Shown piece by piece: positions 59,827 to 64,000 of a stretch of 64,000 bases of DNA. The DNA is from an uncultured bacterium (GTDB lineage Bacteria > Desulfobacterota_D > UBA1144), in assembly GCA_913050325.1 (NCBI GenBank), contig CAJWZP010000001.1, positions 129,611-193,610 on the forward strand. The letters run 5' to 3'. A program made the translations under genes and the position numbers. The notes beneath the pieces were generated by a model. It searched no databases. It saw nothing but the letters and a program-made list of their open reading frames with translations, and was not told where the DNA came from. Positions within the stretch are counted from its first letter, which is position 1. Every line of letters begins with the position of its first letter.

Positions 59827-61038
59827 ATGAGTGCACAAATACCAAATATAGAAGACACAAGAGAACTTCTCAAAAAAAACCAAATTGGTATAGTTGGTGT
59901 GGGAGAAACCGAACAAGGTAAAATCCCAGGGAAAAGTTCTTTTCATTTTTTATCTGAAGCATCTAAGCTGGCGATAGAAGATGCAGGATTAAATAAATCA
60001 GATGTAGATGGAGTCATAACAGCTTTTTCATTAGTTGAAGAAACTTTTATGCATTGTACAACATTTGCAGACTACATTGGAATAAATCCAAAATATTTTG
60101 AATCAGTTGCAATTGGGGGAGCAACCGCAGTATGGATGACAGCTGCTGCTGCAATGGCAATAAACTCAGGGCAAGCAGAAGTTGTTTTATGTGTAAGAGG
60201 GGACAATACTCTATCAGGAATATCTTCAACAGGAATGATTGCACTTATTAGAGAAATGTGTCATGGAGAATTTGAATATCCTTTTGGATTAACAACTCCT
60301 GGCGGATATGCTTTGATGGCTCAAAGATATTTACATGAGAGTCAAGGTAAAAGAGAGCATTTAGCTTCCGTTGCAGTAACAATGAGACAACATGCACAAA
60401 TGAAAGAAAATGCTATGAATAAAGATGATCTAACCATGGACGACATAATGGGCGCAAGGCTACTAGCTTCACCTTTAACTAAATTCGATTGTTCAATTAT
60501 TTCTGATGGCGGAGCAGCATTTATCGTTACAACAGCTGCAAAGGCAAAAGAATTAGGTTTAAAAAGAGATCCTATTTATCTTCATGGTATGGGGCAGGGA
60601 TTTTCTCACCAATATTTAACATCATGTGAAGACTTAGATCAAATATACGGAGCTATACAAAAATCTGGAGATAAAGCTTTTAAAACAGCCGGAATGTCAA
60701 ATCAAAATGTTGATATAACTTTTCTTTATGATTGTTTTACTATTACTACTTTATTAGAGCTTGAAGGATTAGGAATTGTTCCAAGAGGTCAGGCCGGGGC
60801 CGCAGCTTTAGAAGGAAGACTTCATAAAGATGCCGATATCCCATTAAATACAAATGGTGGATTACTATCTCAAGCTCATTTAGGTGCTATGCATCATGTT
60901 GTAGAAGCTGTTCTTCAATTGCGTGGAGAAGCTGGTGATAGGCAAGTTAAAGATCCAAATGTCGCTTTAGTTCATGGTAACGGTGGCATTGTATCTGCTC
61001 ATAGTACAATTTTATTAGGAAATGAACCATTAAGTTAA
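59827..61038 (+). CDS. SCP-x/Ltp2-type thiolase-fold protein (lipid-transfer-protein-like thiolase or retro-aldolase)
   Basis: C-terminal NTNGGLLSQAHLGAMHHVVEAVLQLRGEAG typical of SCP2-type thiolases. Confidence 0.75.
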   Translation: MSAQIPNIEDTRELLKKNQIGIVGVGETEQGKIPGKSSFHFLSEASKLAIEDAGLNKSDVDGVITAFSLVEETFMHCTTFADYIGINPKYFESVAIGGATAVWMTAAAAMAINSGQAEVVLCVRGDNTLSGISSTGMIALIREMCHGEFEYPFGLTTPGGYALMAQRYLHESQGKREHLASVAVTMRQHAQMKENAMNKDDLTMDDIMGARLLASPLTKFDCSIISDGGAAFIVTTAAKAKELGLKRDPIYLHGMGQGFSHQYLTSCEDLDQIYGAIQKSGDKAFKTAGMSNQNVDITFLYDCFTITTLLELEGLGIVPRGQAGAAALEGRLHKDADIPLNTNGGLLSQAHLGAMHHVVEAVLQLRGEAGDRQVKDPNVALVHGNGGIVSAHSTILLGNEPLS

Positions 61039-61059
61039 TTAAATATTTAGGAGATTATT

Positions 61060-61485
61060 ATGTCAGAAGAAAAAATTGAATATGCAAAACCTCTACCAGA
61101 TTTTAGACCAGAAACAAAACCTTTTTGGGAAGGAACTAAGCAGCATAAATTGCTTTTACCAAAGTGTAAAGACACTGGTAAAGTTTTCTTTTATCCACGT
61201 GCTATTAGCCCTTTTCCAGGTTCAGTGAACATGGATTTTGATTGGGTTGAATCAACAGGTAAAGGGAAAGTGTGGACTTACTCAGTTCATTATATGGGTC
61301 CAACAAAAGCTTACAAAGGTGAAACCTATGTTGTTGCTATGGTTGAACTTGAAGACGGAGTAAAAATGATGTCTAATATTGTGGATTGTGATCCAGAATC
61401 AGTAACAATAGGTATGGAAGTTGAAGTAGTTTTTGAAGATGCAACAGAAGAAGTTACTTTTGCAAAATTTAAACCTGTACAATAG
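61060..61485 (+). CDS. DUF35 OB-fold protein with a degenerate zinc ribbon
   Basis: PFWEG...LLLPKC...FFYPRAISPFPGS...WVESTGKGKVWTYSV matches the DUF35 pattern, but only one of the four ribbon Cys residues is retained. Confidence 0.7.
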   Translation: MSEEKIEYAKPLPDFRPETKPFWEGTKQHKLLLPKCKDTGKVFFYPRAISPFPGSVNMDFDWVESTGKGKVWTYSVHYMGPTKAYKGETYVVAMVELEDGVKMMSNIVDCDPESVTIGMEVEVVFEDATEEVTFAKFKPVQ

Positions 61486-61496
61486 GGAGATTTAAA

Positions 61497-61943
61497 ATGG
61501 ATGATAAACTTTTTTATGAAGATGTTCCAGAAGAAACAGAACATGTATCCAGTGGAAGAACAATAACAGAAGCAGATGTTGTAAATTTTGCTGGTCTTTC
61601 CGCAGATTTTAACAATATGCATATTGATGAAGAATTTGCTAAAAATACAGTTTTTGGAACTAGAGTTGCTCACGGTATGTGTGTATTATCTATCGCTACC
61701 GGACTATGGTTTACAATGCCAAGATTAGCAACAATTGCCTTTATGGGATTACAAGATTGGCGTTTTTCAGGTGCAGTTAAACCTGGTGATACCGTAAAAA
61801 TCACAAGAAAATTAGTTGAGAAAAAAGAACACAAAAGACCAAATATGGGTTTTCTTAACTGGGAAGTTAATGTTGTAAACCAAAACGACGAGGTAGTTCA
61901 AAAAGGTGTTTGGGTTATTTTAGTTCAAAGAAAAGAATCTTAA
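61497..61943 (+). CDS. MaoC-like (R)-specific enoyl-CoA hydratase (hot-dog fold)
   Basis: DFNNMHIDEEFA...FGTRVAHGM hot-dog/MaoC signature. Confidence 0.8.
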   Translation: MDDKLFYEDVPEETEHVSSGRTITEADVVNFAGLSADFNNMHIDEEFAKNTVFGTRVAHGMCVLSIATGLWFTMPRLATIAFMGLQDWRFSGAVKPGDTVKITRKLVEKKEHKRPNMGFLNWEVNVVNQNDEVVQKGVWVILVQRKES

Positions 61944-61953
61944 TTTAATACTA

Positions 61954-62008
61954 AAAAAGCTAGTAATTTAAATAACTTATGTTATTTGTTACTAGCTTTT
62001 TTCTTAAT
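61954..62008. terminator. rho-independent terminator after the MaoC gene (A- and T-runs on both sides)
   Basis: AAAAAAGCTAGTAA...TTACTAGCTTTTTTCTT, with an inner AATAAC/GTTATT stem. Confidence 0.6.
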
Positions 62009-62074
62009 TTTTGTTGACTTTTATCAAGTATATATGTTAAAAAGTACAAAACCCTTAAAAGGAGGTATAAGTAT

Positions 62075-62569
62075 ATGTTAGGATATGTACTCGTACTAGT
62101 AGGTTTCGTATTCTTTTGTAACGGTATGACCGTGTTAGGTAAAACTGGTGCAAAAGAAGTTGGTATGCTGAACGGTGCTGTTGCAGTTCTTATCTTAATC
62201 GCGGCATTCACAGGTGCTGGATTAGGACCAGAAGGTGCAGCAAGTACAACACTCGTTTCAGTTTTTGCTCTTATTTATGTTATAGCTTTTGGTGTTTTCA
62301 CATTAGGCCATGATGCAAAAGGGCTAGGTTGGTATTGTCTATTCGCTACTATAGTTTTTCTATGGTACGGACAGTATTTCTTAGGTGTTGGTGCAATGGA
62401 ACTAGGTATGTTCAATATTGCATGGGCAGTTCTTACACTTGTAGCATTTTTAGTTTTAGCTCAAGGTAAAAACCTAGGAACATTACTAGGATATTTATTT
62501 GTTGCAGAAGCGTTTGTAACTCTATTAATTCCTGGAATGAACTTCCTACTTAAAGGAACACTATATTAA
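62075..62569 (+). CDS. AmiS/UreI-family urea/short-chain-amide channel
   Basis: N-terminal MLGYVLVLVGFVFFCNGMTVLGK matches the UreI/AmiS start MLGLVLLYVG..L..NG...L.K. Six transmembrane segments and a GLGWYCLF motif. Strong AGGAGG ribosome-binding site. Confidence 0.7.
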   Translation: MLGYVLVLVGFVFFCNGMTVLGKTGAKEVGMLNGAVAVLILIAAFTGAGLGPEGAASTTLVSVFALIYVIAFGVFTLGHDAKGLGWYCLFATIVFLWYGQYFLGVGAMELGMFNIAWAVLTLVAFLVLAQGKNLGTLLGYLFVAEAFVTLLIPGMNFLLKGTLY

Positions 62570-62626
62570 TAAGTTATAAATTATATTAATTTATTTTTTT
62601 AAAGGGCTGATTTATCAGCCCTTTTT

Positions 62627-63220
62627 TTATGGCATTATCCATTTTGATGAAACCAAATTTCCATCTTTTACATCCATTCTTACCCTTACATGACCAGAAT
62701 AATTTAATTCAAGTACATCAAGTTGAACAACATTTGCATCGACTATAGAGAACACTTTGTAACCTAAGTTTTCATCTTCAACATTTAGATCGTCATTAAA
62801 AATTGGTTTCTCTATATCTGATGATGGTGCTTTTGGAACGTAATAGCATCTTCTACTTATTTCCTGAGACTTATCCCAAGTATCTTTTTTTGTTTTTTCG
62901 TCAGATGATAAATAACTATCGCATTTTATTCTAATTTGTAGTTTTGATTTTTGATTATAAAAGAGTAAAAAACTTTTGAAATTTTTTTCCAAATGCTTAA
63001 CTTTTCTAGATCTAAAATCAGTATGGAATCTCAAAGTAAAACTATTTTTAACTAACTTTCTCAATACAACGATTCTCGAGTCAGGATAACCAGAATCTTC
63101 GTCATATGTAGAGAAATTGAAAAGATGAAAACCATGCTTTCTGTCAACACTGCCTCTTTCAATTTCACCCAATATATGGGAATAAATATCTGTAAAACTT
63201 TTATCTCTAATTGTTTCCAT
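62627..63220 (-). CDS. pdxH: pyridoxamine 5'-phosphate oxidase PdxH
   Basis: YPDSRIVVLRKL...FRSRKVKHLEKN...LLFYNQKS and a C-terminal W..P, matching the PdxH (PSRMVLLK...SRKA) pattern. ATG at 63220. Confidence 0.75.
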   Translation of the reverse strand: METIRDKSFTDIYSHILGEIERGSVDRKHGFHLFNFSTYDEDSGYPDSRIVVLRKLVKNSFTLRFHTDFRSRKVKHLEKNFKSFLLFYNQKSKLQIRIKCDSYLSSDEKTKKDTWDKSQEISRRCYYVPKAPSSDIEKPIFNDDLNVEDENLGYKVFSIVDANVVQLDVLELNYSGHVRVRMDVKDGNLVSSKWIMP

Positions 63221-64000
63221 ACCACTTAGGTAATTTATCTCCAGTAAAAATTGAAACATTTTTTGTTTTTAAATATTCATTCAAACCTTCAACTCCCAAT
63301 TCTTTACCATAACCACTTTGTTTGAATCCGCCATATGGTGTTTCAGGGATAATACCACCATAAGTATTTATCCATAAATATCCTGCGTCTATTGATTTAG
63401 AGACTTTAATTGCTTTTGATATATTTTGGGTCCAAATTCCACCTGCTAGTCCGTATGATGTCTCATTTGCCAGATTTATCGCTTCCTCTTCTGTAGTAAA
63501 AGACATAATAGTTACAACGGGCCCGAAAACTTCATCTTGAAATAAAACATTCTTTGTATCTTTAATTTTAATTATTGTAGGTTTATAAAAATATCCTTGG
63601 AATTCTGCATTAACTTCACCACCAAGCAAAAGCTCTCCTCCCTCGGCAATACCTTGCTTAACATATGCATCTACTTTTTTTAAGTGTGGTTGAGAAATTA
63701 GACACCCAATTTCGGTATTAATATTATCAGGCATTCCTTGGTTAATAATTGATGCCTTTCCTACATAGCTTTCAACAAATTCATCTATAATTTTTTCGTC
63801 AACAAGAAGTCTTGTAACAGCTGTACAATTTTCTCCTTGATTAAAAAAGCCTCCGCGCAAATTTGCTTCTAAGCATGAATCTATATTTGAATCAGAAAAA
63901 ATAATATTAGGAGCTTTTCCTCCCAATTCTAAAGAAATCTTAGTTAAATTTTCAGATGAATTTTTTACAATTTCTTTTCCAACTTTAGTAGATCCTGTAA
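63207..64000 (-). CDS. NAD(P)-dependent aldehyde dehydrogenase, C-terminal part (N-terminus beyond the window)
   Basis: Hand extension above the track ORF gives ...GSTKVGKEI...ISLELGGKAPNIIF and the catalytic FFNQGENCTA Cys motif. No stop codon before position 64000. Confidence 0.85.
   Translation of the reverse strand, partial: TGSTKVGKEIVKNSSENLTKISLELGGKAPNIIFSDSNIDSCLEANLRGGFFNQGENCTAVTRLLVDEKIIDEFVESYVGKASIINQGMPDNINTEIGCLISQPHLKKVDAYVKQGIAEGGELLLGGEVNAEFQGYFYKPTIIKIKDTKNVLFQDEVFGPVVTIMSFTTEEEAINLANETSYGLAGGIWTQNISKAIKVSKSIDAGYLWINTYGGIIPETPYGGFKQSGYGKELGVEGLNEYLKTKNVSIFTGDKLPKWYGNN

Overview
This is an AT-rich, K/N/I-rich, gene-dense segment from a streamlined Gram-negative-type bacterium, probably marine; the lineage cannot be assigned from sequence alone. 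It is mostly core genome.

Gene content, in order:
- the 5' part of recJ (truncated by the window edge), then aroQ and murJ;
- an MBL-fold hydrolase;
- a complete division/cell-wall cluster mraZ-rsmH-ftsL-ftsI-murE-murF-mraY-murD-ftsW-murG-murC-murB-ftsQ-ftsA-ftsZ, notably without ddl;
- rsfS-nadD-ribD-ftsY on the opposite strand;
- dnaE, a UvrD-family helicase with a translationally coupled orphan ORF, and groES-groEL;
- a phosphohexomutase co-transcribed with a BtrH_N/C39-like papain-fold protein;
- trpE-trpG-tadA;
- the jag-yidC-yidD-rnpA-rpmH block (rpmH is missing from the ORF track and was found by hand);
- an accessory-looking patch: an orphan 265-aa protein, a stand-alone AHAS-like TPP enzyme, two tandem acetoacetate-decarboxylase-family paralogs with atypical composition, a structured hairpin region (candidate sRNA) and a small Cys-rich ORF;
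- leuA-metG-holB-tmk-rsuA, a tandem-CMD (AhpD-like) protein, an APH-like kinase, an NPPY methyltransferase, tilS, DUF502, ihfA, pheT (no pheS) and mnmE;
- an acyl-CoA dehydrogenase / SCPx(Ltp2)-like thiolase / DUF35 / MaoC module, an AmiS/UreI-family channel, pdxH and a partial aldehyde dehydrogenase.

I found no rRNA, tRNA, CRISPR array or mobile element. Many ORF-track starts are TTG/GTG codons written as M, so several starts were re-set by hand.

The most unusual content is the divergent AHAS-like / tandem ADC-like cassette with its neighbouring hairpin RNA region, followed by the PMM-BtrH_N operon and the ACAD-Ltp2-DUF35-MaoC module. None can be proven novel without database searches.
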